Below, piece after piece: positions 1-14,727 of a stretch of 64,000 nucleotides of DNA. A model generated the notes under the pieces. That model ran no database searches, was not told the origin of the DNA, and saw only the letters and a program-made list of their open reading frames with translations. The DNA lies in the NCBI GenBank assembly GCA_012295275.1, contig CM022667.1:16740001-16804000 (forward strand). The letters run 5' to 3'. Every line of letters starts with the position of its first letter. Within the stretch, counting starts at the first letter, position 1. The stretch comes from Chrysomallon squamiferum. Its lineage: Eukaryota; Animalia; Mollusca. Made by a program: the position numbers and the translations under genes.

Positions 1-439
1 CTTTTTTGTGTGACTTATTCGGCACTTAAATAACTACTTGATGATATCAGAATGTCTATAGTGTTTGTTATCAGCACCATTGCCGGATGTGAGCTTAGGC
101 TAAACAAGCTTGGGTTTTATAGTCTCAGAATTTCTGTTTATGTATTTATCAATAAATAAACAGTGAAACATAATATATATTTAAAAACCGATTTAATCTA
201 ATTTACAATGTTAATGTAATCGACATAAGACTTTATGAGAATTAATATTAAGTATCATTTCCAGATTAATAAATAGGATCGCTACAGGTTCCCATAATTT
301 AAGACCTGGATAGGTTTCCATTCAGCCAAGTTTACGACAGAGGTTACATTTTTACAAGTTTGCTTTAATATCAAATCGTTACCCATTTAACGAGAAAAAG
401 AAAGAGAGAATTCTTAATATTGACTAAACTATTCTCTTA

Positions 440-795
440 ACTCAGACTCACTAAAAGGTGTATGATCTTTACAAGATAGGTGTAGCATAAGATGTTCACT
501 GAACTCAGACACACTAAAAGGTGTATGATCTTTACAAGATGGGTGTAGCATAAGATGTTCACTGAACTCAGACACACTAAAAGGTGTATGATCTTTACAA
601 GATGGGTGTAGCATAAGATGTTCACTGAACTCGAACACACTAAAAGGTGTATGATCTTTACAAGATAGGTGTAGCATAAGATGTTCACTGAACTCAGACA
701 CACTAAAAGGTGTATGATCTTTACAAGATGGGTGTAGCATAAGATGTTCACTGAACTCAGACACACTAAAAGGTGTATGATCTTTACAAGATGTA
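440..795. repeat. 63-bp minisatellite, about 5.6 copies, intronic
   Basis: TGTAGCATAAGATG recurs at 481, 544, 607 and onward. The unit is single-copy in the paralogous intron near 19180-19235. Confidence 0.95.
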
Positions 796-2199
796 CATTT
801 TACAATCGTTTTGTTCACGTCTGACATGCGCTAAATCTGTTAAGGGAGAAATTATGAAGAAACGCGACTTTCGAGTTATTATTATTATTATTATTATTAT
901 TAACATCATCTTTATTATCACTACTTTTATCACTACAGTGGTGTTGCTACTGACATTGATGAGAGTGTAGTTATTGTTATTATTTCTGTGTAAGATGCTG
1001 ATCAATATGTCTATAGTGTTTGTTATCTCCACCATAGCCGGATGTGAGCATAGGCTAAACAAGCTTGGGTTTTATAGTCTCAGTATTGCTGTTTATATAT
1101 TTATCAATAAATAAACAGTGAAACATAATGTATATTTAAAAACCGATTTAATCTAATTTACAATGTTAACGTAATCAACATAAGATTTTATGAGAATTAA
1201 TTTCCAATATTATTTCAAGATTAATAAATATTTCGAAACTGACTATCGAATAATATTGGCGGCATTCTTCTAATTTTCCATAGTTCACTGCAGAGTTTAA
1301 ACTTTTAATATCATATCGATACTCATTTAACGAGAAGAAGACAGAGAGAATTCTTAATATTAAGTAAACTATTCTCTGCACTCAGACACACTAAAAGGTT
1401 TATGACCTTCAGCAGATATGTGTAGCACAAAAGGTAAATTTCACATTTGATTTCTTGACATTTGAATCTACTCTAAGTCTGTTATGGGAGAAAATATGAA
1501 GAAACGTGACTTTCGAGTTAGTGTGAGAAAACAGCAGATAAATGATAAGCAAACTGATCCAGACGAAGTTTTTCATGTGCTATGAAAGGATAGAAGAGAC
1601 AAATATACAACATGGTATTATGAGAGTGAAATGTATTCAGTAAATAAAACTTGGAACTGTGATTTCGGGTTTTTAGAAGCATATCAACAGAGTAGAAAAT
1701 AAACCCAAGAGTGGATGCTTTATATTTGTGTGTTGTTGTGTTTCGTTGTTCTGATTTTGTTGTTGTTGTCTTTTTTCTTGTTTTGTTATTGTTGTTGCTT
1801 TTCTCTTTATTCATATATTGTTAGTGAGTTCAGTACATCCATCTTAACGTCACAGAAACGCGACAGTCTCCTCTGAGTTATACATCACATAAATTCCATT
1901 TAGAAAATAAACATTTCTAAAATGCATCACATTCAGTAAAAATAATAATAATAATAATAATATGATGTTATTACTGACACTGTTGAGCATGTAGTTATTA
2001 TTATTGTTACTGTGACATTGTTGAGGCTGTAGTTATCATTATTATTATTATTTCTGTATAAGATGCTGTTGATAATATTGCTGTAGCTGTTACTCTCTCA
2101 CTATTAACAATAACAACAATAATAATAAAAAGAAGAACAACAACAACAAAAACAACAGTATTAGCGACAAAAATAATAATAATACTAAGTACAAATTAC

Positions 2200-2275
2200 C
2201 TTCAGTCGTTGGCATTGACACGACAGACGAAATAATAAAATTCACACACAACAACAAGAGTATGTTAACAGCCAT
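2200..2275 (-). CDS. Module A signal-peptide exon; the gene continues off the left edge
   Basis: Encodes MAVNILLLLCVNFIISSVVSMPTTE plus one G, then donor GTAATT (76 nt, phase 1). Positions 1-960 match the intron before the B exon at 18564, so a B exon is expected just outside the window. Confidence 0.8.
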
Positions 2276-2293
2276 GTTGTCGCTTTCCGTTTC

Positions 2294-2326
2294 TGACGTG
2301 ACTCAGTATTCATGGCGTTTAAATAA
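2294..2326 (-). promoter_or_regulatory. Conserved proximal promoter: overlapping CRE half-site and AP-1 site, plus TATTTAAA
   Basis: TGACGTGACTCAGTATT lies about 20 bp 5' of the ATG. It recurs at 11711, 19696, 25165, 47413 and 59272. Confidence 0.6.
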
Positions 2327-2509
2327 CAGTTTCCACATGCGCAGTTTGATGCCTGTGTTTGGTAAATAGGTTAACTATGTTTAGAAAACACTGGTGACGT
2401 GCAATGCTGAAAGCGGAGCTTATCACCAGCGTAACATAGAAATAAAAATACACAGAGTTTATCATGTCTATCAGTCTCAGTCTCAGTTTTTAAATGTTAC
2501 TGTTAGACA

Positions 2510-2608
<99 letters not shown>

Positions 2609-3654
2609 TATTTTTGAGATAAGATTTAATTACATAGGATCTCTCCAATTAAGTATATATTTTGTTACTTGCAAAAATATTTTGTCACCTTCATTTTAGA
2701 CACGGAGTTATTTTTTCCTTCTAGTACTTAATTTCAAACTTGACAATTTTCCAAAACCTTCTACCAGATTCCTTAATTTTAAATTGTTTACAACATTTAC
2801 CATTAAATTAAAAAATAAAGTCAGCTTCGATTTCTTCACCTCTGTACAAATTGATCTTGCATCATTCAGGAAAAATCTTGTTTAATTTTAGTGTTTTTTA
2901 TACATTATTTTATTATGTGAATTCATTTATAGAAAAGTATCCTTATCTATGTGCATGTATCTGCTTCTATCTGTGTATTTGTATGTTTGTATATAGCTAT
3001 ACTGTGTGTGTGTCTGTGTGTGCGTGTCTGTGTGTGCTGTTGCGTATGCCTGTGGGTGCATATGTATTTGTGTGCAAGAGAGAGAGAGAAAGAGGGACAG
3101 GAAGAAAGTAAAATAAAACTCCCCATAAACAAGATATATTTACACTAGCTCCCAAATCATTTTATCAGTTTGTTGCAGTTTTGTCGCAGTTAATTACAGC
3201 ACTAAATAATGTTACTAAAAGAAAAATTACTGAGAGTCTATACGTCTACTAATATAGGTTTTTGGTCTAAATAATAGCACCCATGAGAGAGGACGATGAA
3301 GGATTTTATTCAGTATGATTTATATTTTCCAAGAGAAAATGTAATCTTTAACATTTACTAACACAGAAGTAATATTATACAGTAAATTAACATAACATGT
3401 ATTTGATTTAATTTCTTTTCAACAATTTCAAAAACGATATATAAATAAATACGTCCTTCATTCAATCATATATTCAGGTAATCCTATCTGCTGATGAGAT
3501 TATGTATGTATGTATTCACAAATTTATGTATGTGTGTATTAATGTATGTTCGAGTATATTTGCACGCATTGATAACTATTTCTATATATAGAATATTCAT
3601 TATTTAGCTACTAAATATTTCTTATGTCAAATTAAAAAGTAATTTCTCTGTTGT

Positions 3655-4008
<354 letters not shown>

Positions 4009-4418
4009 AATAATAATAATAATAATAATAGTAACGATAATAATAATAATAATGATAATTGTACTACTACTACTACTGCAACTATCTCTTCTACTTCTAA
4101 AACAACTATTAATGGTAGCACTGATTCTACTACTGCTACAACTTTTACAACTCTTCCACAACAAGTTTCTTAGTCTTTATCACTCTTTATAATTATTATT
4201 CTTATTTCAACAACAACTGCTGCTGCTGCTGCTAGGGCTGATGCTCATGCGACAACAATCATAAAAGAGACTCTCACTACTAAAACTAATAATAAATGCT
4301 ACTACTACTGTACTTACACAATTACTACAAATAATAATACAACGATTACCGAGACCACTAATAATTCTGTTACATTTCCTCTGTTGTCGGCATAAAGATA
4401 AACTGAAGAATTCTGTAC

Positions 4419-4633
4419 CTGAACATGTGTACCACTAACAATGATACTCAGGAAGGATAGTGAGATCTCATATCGACAGAGGATACTGAGCTAAATACAG
4501 AAAGCGTAATAACAAAAATTCATCTTATCTCTCAATTTCCTTTGATTAAGCACGCTTTTCGGTGTTTCAGCTGCTCATAACTGTCTAGCGACGTGAGAGG
4601 TTGTGTCCACGACAGGCCAGCTTCAACATTTAT
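4419..4633 (-). pseudogene. Decayed, divergent B-like exon
   Basis: Flanked by acceptor TTTCATTAG and donor GTACAG. It ends C*WYTCS(G), like the CxRYTCR(G) end of module B, and has several stops. A second copy is at 26598-26812. Confidence 0.45.
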
Positions 4634-4863
4634 CTAATGAAACTGATCACAAATTACCTTAACCCATAATGTACGACATAATCAAAAATAAATGTTACCA
4701 ATGCGTAAATTAATTTCTAATAAAACTAATAAAATACTGGCAAAATTTTACTGTTGAACAGTTACTGTATTGCAGTCCTGGTATCACGATTTCAGAATTT
4801 ATTGACTTAATTGAATTTGGCGAGTGTAGTGTCCTGTATTAATTTCACAGAGATTTATTTACT

Positions 4864-4940
<77 letters not shown>

Positions 4941-5028
4941 GGATATATTTCTTTTTGTTTTTCTTCCCTTGTTTGTTGCTGAATTTGTTTGTTCTTTTTC
5001 TTCTTCTTTTTTTCTTGTTCTTATTTTG

Positions 5029-5067
<39 letters not shown>

Positions 5068-6261
5068 GCTGTTGTTGTTGCGGCTGCTGTTGTTGTTGTT
5101 GTTATTATTATTATTTTTATTTATTTATTTATCTATTTATTTATTTCATTACAGAGTAAAGTCTTCGAATTTCCAAATTCTTGTAATAACAATTTTCTTT
5201 TTCTTCTTTTTTTCTTTTATCGGCACTGATTCTGAAACACCCGGTGTTAATAATTAATTTCACAGAGATTTAAATCTTGATCAATACAGATTAAACTACT
5301 AACAAAAGGTTTTAAGCTAAACTTAGAATTCTGTTATTGATACAGCTTAAGGAATATTATGGCCATTTCACATAATTATTATCTCAAAGGACACAGGAAT
5401 GTAAAACTGTATAGAAGTTTATTGTTGACTATTAAAATCTAACAGTTATTTAACTTACGTAGAGACACCTGACGCCACCACTATTATGTAAAATACACAT
5501 GAAACTCTTAATGTCAAATACTAAGATTTCATCTAGAACAACATTTCTTTGTTGCATTAGATGCATTAGTTGATTCAGAATTATAATAACCACTGCCACA
5601 GTGATTCCATTATGTCCCACATTGATCGCGTTTATCTTTTAATATATTACGACAGCGACATCTGCAACAACGGTTATACCTGTTAGTCACCAGTATGACG
5701 TCAGTGATGGAGGTGTTAGAAAAATGTTTAAGTTGTAGTCATATTTTAAATTCTGTTTTAAAGGATGCAAGCATCTCTAAACATATCCGCGATGCAATTC
5801 GATATAATACTTTTCATAGGAAATGTAATAAATGAATTACAGTAATGTAATCGACTAAAAATTACACTATTTGTAGTAAATGAATTTTTAAAACGTAAAG
5901 AAAATCTAGTAGTTTCACTTTCGTTTTGCGTTTCTTTGTCTTTATTTTTGCATTTATTGTTACTGGAGATAATATCTAATATAATATATAATTGTATAAA
6001 CCTAAATTCAAAACAATAAAAAACAGTAAAGGAATATAATTTATTTAAATTTTATGTAACCTGTCACGAAATGTTATTTGGAAGTCAGGGAACAACATTT
6101 TCGTAGTTTTTAGCTACTGTAGCTTTCAAAAATAAATTAATTAATTAACTAAAACTTTTTTTTTTTTTTTTAATTGATATAGTTACAAAAATGTTTAAAT
6201 AATAGTCATATTTTAAATTCTGAATACTGATTGTCAATACTTTTTGAATCTTATTTTAAAG

Positions 6262-6563
6262 GATACAAGCATTTCTAGACATATCCGTGATGAAATTCGG
6301 AAAGAGAAATTACAAAAGGAGTACAAACAGCATAGTTACAATGGTGATATAACTGTCAGAAAAAGACAAGAACAACAACTGAGTTCCCAATCCAGTCGTT
6401 ACAAAGTTCTCACCACTACAGAAGTCTGGGATTGGATGATCTTGATGCAGCAACTACAGATGAATGCATAACGGAACAAAATGGTGATAACAAAAAGGAA
6501 AATAATAATAAAACCACTGGGACTGCTGATATATAAAGAGTTAATAATACAGAAGAGATATCA
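6262..6563 (+). pseudogene. Truncated, frameshifted copy of the exon at 31793
   Basis: DTSISRHIRDEIRKEKLQKEYKQ... matches 31793-32095 and ends in an (ATT)n tract. Confidence 0.75.
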
Positions 6564-6633
<70 letters not shown>

Positions 6634-7184
6634 TTTATTTTTATTTTTTTTTTATTTTATTTTATAGTTATTATTTATTACTTTTTTATTTATTTAGTAT
6701 TGTTGGTGTTAATAGTTGAAAGGAGTAACAGTAGTAATAAAAGTAGTTAATATTTATAGTAGCCATAGCAGTATTAGAAGCAGTAGCACAACAGTAGTTG
6801 TTTATATTGTTGTTGACGATGACCATGATGACTTTTGACGACATTAATTAAACTCTTTCGCAGCTTCAGAGACATAAATGTGGGTTTCTACAAATACAGA
6901 GAGACAGTTGTTTCTATGTTTCTCAAGTCATTCTTGGCAAATATCTATTAAGAATCCTTATATCGTGCAAGAAAAGCCTGCTTAATGTTAAATTCGTCCT
7001 CAGAATATAATCACTAATTAAATATGATGAAAAACAAAACAAGAGAAGGTTTGTTTCGTAATACAGCACGGAAAACCTGAACGTTTGAAATAAAGAAAAC
7101 AGAGAAAGCATTAAATAAAAAAATAATTAATAACGAACATTGTATTTATTTATTTATTTATTTGTAGACAGAAATTACGAGAGT

Positions 7185-7253
7185 TCATTTCAGTTCTTCG
7201 GTACTTTTAATCCAGCTTCCTCTTGTATTATTTTGTACTTTGTTAGTATCATT
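7185..7253 (-). CDS. Putative 69-nt terminal exon (module G)
   Basis: Acceptor TTTCAG, then NDTNKVQNNTRGSWIKSTEELK* in phase 0. Homologues are at 44297 and 54651. Confidence 0.4.
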   Translation of the reverse strand, partial: NDTNKVQNNTRGSWIKSTEELK

Positions 7254-7993
7254 CTGAAAGGAAAACAATAGAAGTTAATAAACATTAACAACTGTATCTT
7301 GAAAAAAAGTCTTAAGTATATATAGCATCACAAAGGAGCGACTCCGATACACATGCATAAACAGACAAATACTCACACACACATCCAACATACATGTTGG
7401 TGTGTGTTCGTGTGCGTCTGTGTGTGTGTGTGCGTGTGTGTGTCTTCGCCCCTTCTTTCTGTTTCGTCACAATCTTGGAAATAAACAAATCTTCTTAACC
7501 CGTTCAGGAGATTAGCGAAGCGTTCGAAAGGTATCCTCTCAAGCGCGCCAAACTGTCTGATTACGCTTATATATACATACATACATACATACATACATAC
7601 ATACATACATACATACACACATACACACATATATACATAATACGTATATACATACATACATATATACATACACACACACATACAAACATACACACACATA
7701 TATATATATATAAATAAACACAAACACATACATTGAGAGACACATACAATATTTACAAACATACAGACACACACACACATATACATATAGATAGATAAAT
7801 AGATAGACAGATAGATAGATACACACACACACTCATATATATATATATATATAGATATAGATATAGATGCATATATATTTTTACACACTCACACAGATAC
7901 ACACATATATATGAATGTATGTATGCATGTATGAATGTATGCACGAACGTATTTAAGTTTTGTTTTATTGTTGTTTTTTCTTTAATGTTTTAC

Positions 7994-8175
7994 TTGTTTA
8001 TTCTGCTGGTGCAGGTGTCGTCTGTTCTCAGTACTTTTCTCTACAATAAACTTTGTGTCCTTCATCACCCATACCGCGTAGCAATCACCTAAACAAGGAT
8101 CATCTAATGTCACGGGTCCGCCATCATATGGTTTCCCAGCAAAATAGCATGAAGTGAAGCTCGGTGTTGTCTAAG
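7994..8175 (-). pseudogene. Module F exon with a stop and a frameshift
   Basis: Homologous to 55813-55998. It has TAT->TAG at codon 2 and a 1-nt deletion in the CYC motif. Confidence 0.8.
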
Positions 8176-8752
8176 CTGAAACAAGCAAAAAGTATGCAGA
8201 AATGATCGACAATATTTGTATTTGATGTATTTGATTCACTGTTAGCCATTATAGGTATTTATTTAACTTGCTATATCATGTGTGTTGCGTGTGCGTGCGT
8301 GTACTTGTGGGTGTAACTGTATACACTCAACCCTGCATTTAACGGACCCCAATTTACCTGATTTGTTGGGATATCCGGACAGAATCTGGAAAATTTATAA
8401 GTATTCTTGAATCTCGGGAGCTAACATGTCTCATAGTGCGCCTGTCAAACAAACAAAAAGCACGCAGAAAATATTAACAATATTTGCACGTTCAGCATGA
8501 TTTAGTTCTCTGACCTCTGAGAAAGAAAGTTAAATTTTCTGGTTTAAATTCTATTGCTCCCAACATATGTCGCGTTCGATTCATTGTTAACCATAATCCA
8601 AATCTCTTTAATTTAGTATATAATCTCACTTAGTTCAATTCTCAAGTATTATGAATTGCAGTTGTTGTGATGGTAAATACAGAAATCTGCTGCAACTGCA
8701 GTTAGTTTTAACAATGCCGAATTTCTTTCTGCCGCAGGATAAAGTAGATAAA

Positions 8753-8827
<75 letters not shown>

Positions 8828-9669
8828 AACAGACAAGTCTACAACGTTGCAGTCAAAATGTGGAGCTTTCTCCTAAAGTTTAGATTGGATGGTATTAAAA
8901 TGAACTATAATTAATATTTATGTATAAATTTATAGTTCAGTTTTTCTTTACAATTACAGAGAACCTGGGGATGTACAGTTTAAATATATCAGAAATAAGA
9001 GGATTAGGAGATTAACTAATTTACTCCTTATAATAATATTTATAACAATGGTCTGATTCTTACATTGGTTTACATTGGGTCGATTGGGTCGTGGTGTAAT
9101 GAATGGGACAGGAAACGAAAACGTGACAAGCCAAAATGTTCAGATCGGGAGTCCGTTCCTTTTTAATATTCCAAATACTGGTGAAATTCATATACAGCTG
9201 TTTCAGTAACATTGCATCCTGACGTAATGATACTTCCTACTATAGCACTCCCAGTTCCAACATTGCATTAGTATATGAAGAATAGTAAATAAATAAGTTT
9301 TAACTGTAACCCTATGTGAAGATTATTCTACTTTTGAAAAAAGGAGGTAAATGAAAACTAATGATAATACCAATAAATTTGCTATTACTAATACTACTAC
9401 TATTACATTTAGGACATTACTAGAAGTAGTGATTCTACTATTGCCACAGATTTACAAGTCCTCCACGATAATAGTTTCTCAGTCTTCATTACTGGTTTTT
9501 GCTATTACTGTTGCCACTATAAAATAAACACCAACAATAACAACCACTACTTCGACGACTATTACTACTACCATTACTACAACCACTTCTTCTACTAATT
9601 ATACTACTAATACTATTACATCTGCTACTACTAACACTTATAAGGCTAACATTATCTTTTCATTTATTT

Positions 9670-9845
9670 CGTTTGTGAGGTGATCCAGTATTGATAACAT
9701 TTAAACAACAGTTTCTACAGGCGCTGTTTCGTGGTTATTTTTCCTGAATAGGTTAAAATATGTAGAAAAAAACGTGACGTGTAATGCTGACAGTGGATCG
9801 TTTCACGAGGGAAATATAGATATGAGAATAATAAGGGTTCAGCAT
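9670..9845 (-). promoter_or_regulatory. Degenerate promoter copy with no signal exon
   Basis: TGAGGTGATCCAGTATT and its flank match 2290-2460, but no A exon follows. Confidence 0.55.
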
Positions 9846-10001
9846 TTATTCTCAGGTTCGAATTTTTCAGCTCTGTACAAATTGATCATGCAGCGTCGAG
9901 AAAAAGTCTTCTTTCACATAACTGTTTTGTATACATTTACTTCATCTGATTATGTGAATTCATGCATAGAAAAGTATGTATTTGCATCTGTGTATTGCGT
10001 G

Positions 10002-10097
<96 letters not shown>

Positions 10098-10128
10098 GTA
10101 TATATGTGTGTGTATATGTGTGTATGGC

Positions 10129-10222
<94 letters not shown>

Positions 10223-10618
10223 AACTGCCTATAAACAAGATATGTCTACAGTAGCTTCCAAATCATTTACTCAGTCTCCCGATCCAAATCAAATTTACAG
10301 AAAAAATCAGTCCGTCCCGATGTTTTCCCTGTTAATTACAACACTAAATAATGTCACTAACAGAAAAATGTCTGAGAGTGTCTACATGTCTACAATAACA
10401 TAGCTTTATGATCTTTTCAATGGCTTTTAACGAAAAAGAGTGAAAATTGAATTTTTAACTAATTTTTTTATACGGCCGGTTGAATATTCTGTAATTGAAT
10501 ATTTGTAATGTTTTTAAAGATTTTTTTCCAGACATTTTATGACTGGAGTGAAGGAATCATCTGTGTATGACGATCTTAAACAAATCAAAGTAAATATCAC
10601 ACACACACACACACACAC

Positions 10619-10765
<147 letters not shown>

Positions 10766-11633
10766 ACATAAACAGCAAATAATATTATCTCAGTTAGTAT
10801 AGTATCAAAATTTATGACCTTATTTCAATTATTATACAGTATTTATTTATAACATTATTTTAATTAATATATACTAATTTCTAAGATTATACATTTTATT
10901 TCTTATAATTTCTATGATTATACATTTTTTTTATAATTTCTATGATTATTTCAATTATTATGCAACAATTTATGTGATCATTTCATGAATTTTAGTAATT
11001 TGTATGATTGTTTTTATTCAATTATTTTCTAATAATTTACATGAATATTTCAATTATTACATATAGATATAGTGGATATGACCAGGTAAATTATTAAAGT
11101 AGTCAGTTGTTTGAGAAATTGTTATTAAACAACGAATTAAGAGCTTTCTAGTGTTTTGATTATTCAAATTGTATTAATTGAGCATAGCAAGATAACAATT
11201 AATAAATTAGATTCTGAAAAATTACTGTATTACTACTACTACTACTACTATATTTATACTACAAAAGAAAAAGTACCACTACTACTACTATTTCTACTAG
11301 TACTACTATAATAAATACTCCTACTGTTTTTACTAATAATAGTAATATGGTACTACTACTACTACCACTACTATAACAACTACTACACCAAATACTACTG
11401 CTAATTATGATACCAACACATTTGTTATTGCTAATTATTTTTCTCTCATATTTACGACATTACTGGTTGCACTGATTTTACTATGGCATCAACTCTTCCA
11501 CGTCAATATTTTCTTAGTCTTCATTACTTGCTGTTACTATTACTCTTGCCACTATAAAATCACCACCAATAACAGCTACTAACTCTTCTACTACTGCTAC
11601 TACTACCAATACTACTATCACTTCTACTATTAC

Positions 11634-11694
11634 CTGTAGTATTTGGCACTGATAAGACCAAAGAAATAATAAAAGTCACCCAAACGAAGATCAT
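11634..11694 (-). CDS. Shortened module A exon
   Basis: Encodes MIFVWVTFIISLVLSVPNTT plus one G, then donor GTAATA (61 nt, phase 1). The first ATG is lost and the promoter at 11711 is intact. Confidence 0.6.
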
Positions 11695-11893
11695 GTGAAC
11701 AGATCGTTTGTGACGTGACTCAGTATTCATGGCGTTTAAATAACAGTTTCCACATGCGCAGTTTGATGCCTGTGTTTGGTAAATAGGTTAACTATGTTTA
11801 GAAAAGACTGGTGACGTGCAATGCTGACGGTGAATCGCATCACTAGTAAAATCTAGAGATTATCACGTCTGTCAGTCTCCGTCTCTGAGTTTT

Positions 11894-12011
<118 letters not shown>

Positions 12012-13042
12012 CTTCTTTGGAACAAATATTTTGTCACCGTCCATTTAGCCTAATAACCAATACAGTCAGGTGTTGGGCCTAATGACTAAAATTTCAAGGA
12101 ATTAGGACAAATGACTGGAGTTTGGTTCCTGCTGTTTGACATTCTTCCTGGTAGCAATTCGGGCAATCAGCCAAACGGGTTTTATGCTTCTTTTTTTCTG
12201 CTGATTGAAGGGATCAGTGGTTCCATTCAATTTTTGTTAGCGTATGCTTTACAGGTTATTGATATATAATGTCAGTAATAAAAGATTCAAATATAAATAA
12301 TAAAGCACATAAATTATATCTAACTAATCAAAACGTTTCTGCACTGAAATGCTTTAAACAAATACTTTCCCAAATTACACAGTGATTTCTTATTTTCAAT
12401 CTCGTCTTCAATCTCACTATTGTTACGTAACATACATATTCTTTGTGCTCTCTCTCAATATTCCTGTGTCTCACAATCTCATTTGCTAGCTGATGTGCAG
12501 TGTTTTACTATCGTAAGCTTTACAGCTTATTGATATACAATGTTAATAATAAAAAATGCAAGAAGTAAAAATACTCACATAATATACATAATCACATACT
12601 ATACAGCTGATGTGCAGCCTCACTTTTGTTAAATAAAATTGAATTGTTAAACCATCTCTAATGTATTTATATAAATTGTCCCATTTCACATATGTATTTA
12701 GAAATGAAAGATTCTGCCTTGCTTGGTGAACACTTTTCATTAATCTGGTCCTGCTCTATCCATATGTGTCCTGTGACGGAAACAACACTTAATAATTATA
12801 TAAGCTAAGTGTGACGGAAACAACACACTCCTCTTTAATATGTAATTGATGTTAGATTTCCTGAAAAAGTATATAAGCTATGTTGTTTTCTGGGACGCAC
12901 TAGTGTCTGCATGTCTACTAAAGTTCCAAACAGTCTCGGCACGATCCTGATACAGGAATGTTAAAAGACCACTATGTGGTCTTTTCTAGGCACTAAAAGC
13001 ATCTGTTGCATTTTTTGGCAGGAGAGATCAGTTTTACACCGT

Positions 13043-13089
<47 letters not shown>

Positions 13090-14727
13090 TGAAGTAGTAT
13101 AACCATTTTTTGAGAATAGTTGCTAATCTGAGATGAGACTGATCTACATAAACTTTAAGGTATTATCTCTAAAGTAGTTGGTGAGAATAGCTGGTAATCT
13201 GAGGTAAACTCTGACCATCAGTAATTGTAAACACTGATACCACAATGGTGTTATTGACAACTGATTGTGATGTCAACGTCCTGCTAACCAGGAAGTTATT
13301 TTCATATACATGCATATTCAAATACTTACTGAGGTGTGCTATTTTACCTTCAGGGATAAACAGGTTTAATATCCTCCATATTTTCACTTATGTGGTGAGA
13401 GTAAGTTTGTGCCATGGTAAGCTAACTCTGTAAATAACTATTATTAGATCATTTAATATGTATATTCTTTAAATCTAAACTACTGTTGTTGTGTTTCTGG
13501 TGGTTTAACGTTTACATATATGATCTTGTTCCCCGAACACCCTTAGAACCGAGCCAAATCGGGTAGCTATCTACCCGATACAGGGAGATATGTATGTATT
13601 GCTAGTGCTATTTCTCAGGAAGAGTGTTTTACCAGTTTCTGGTTCTAATTTGACGTCGTGATGACAGTGCTAATTACGGGTCACATGCGACAGCGTTTGG
13701 TGCCCCGTGACATATCTCAATCCCAATTTATATAAAGTGTTCCTAATAAAAGTCACCCAATTATTTTTCTATAATATAAAATACAATTTTTGGTATTAAT
13801 TAATTTCAGCCAATATTTAATCATTCGATATGTACGCTCATAAACTATAGCGAATCTTCTCAGTTCAAAATAGACCATAATATTTGTGGTTAACATTTAA
13901 AATATTTTTACAAAAATCTAAGTGAATTTTCTCAATAACATCTGCGATTTGAAAACCCCGTATGTCACTTCAATAAAAGAGCACACTAGTCATATATGTA
14001 TCAAACAGTAACAATAGAGAAATATAATTTGAAGACATATTATTTACACTCTGTGTAGCCTTCTTGTTGTGTTATTCTAACATCAAAGAACAAAATAGAT
14101 GGTGGGGATTACTGGTAGTGTTATTTTTACATCAAAGACCAATGATTTTAATACCAACAGTCATAGGGGTTTAAAGTTTTGCTTAGAACTGTTTATTGCA
14201 CGGATTAGTGGTTATAGTATTCGTACATCAAAGACCAGTTATATGGTAGGGATTAGTAGTAGTGTCATTGTTACATCAAAGTGTTGATAGGTGATATGAA
14301 ATAGGGTAGACCCTCGAATGCTACACGTCCTATTGAAACAGGACGATAGCCTAATATTCTACGAGAAAATAGAAAATGTCATATTTGTTATCTTAACAAA
14401 ATGGAGATGAATATCACTATATATTTGAATGTAATGATCCTATGTTATTAAATGCGAGAAAAGTACACCAGATAAATACGAGACATCAAAATATAACTTC
14501 ATATAATAGTTTACAGTAAATAAATATTTATATTAAAAAAGCTATGGTCGATAACAAGATGCATATGTGAGAGAGTGAGTCCTCCACGTTAAACTCCAAC
14601 GCATGTGCATTTTAATTCGTTATTATATATCTGTAATAGATTCTTCTCTGTACTGCAATCCTACAGTTTATGAGAATACAGTCAGTGTCACTGTCATAGA
14701 TCACATTAACATCACTTATGTCTGGCT

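Noticed and set aside
429-827. 132-aa ORF of 21-aa repeats, or a CRISPR-like array
   Set aside because: The units are contiguous with no unique spacers and no cas genes are present. It lies in sequence that is intronic in paralogues.
7373-7560. Possible exon RQFGALERIPFERFANLLNGLRRF...
   Set aside because: It runs into CA repeats, has no homologue in the paralogous units and has no convincing donor.
13733-13990. Possible mariner-like MITE
   Set aside because: The end similarity is too weak to call terminal inverted repeats by eye.
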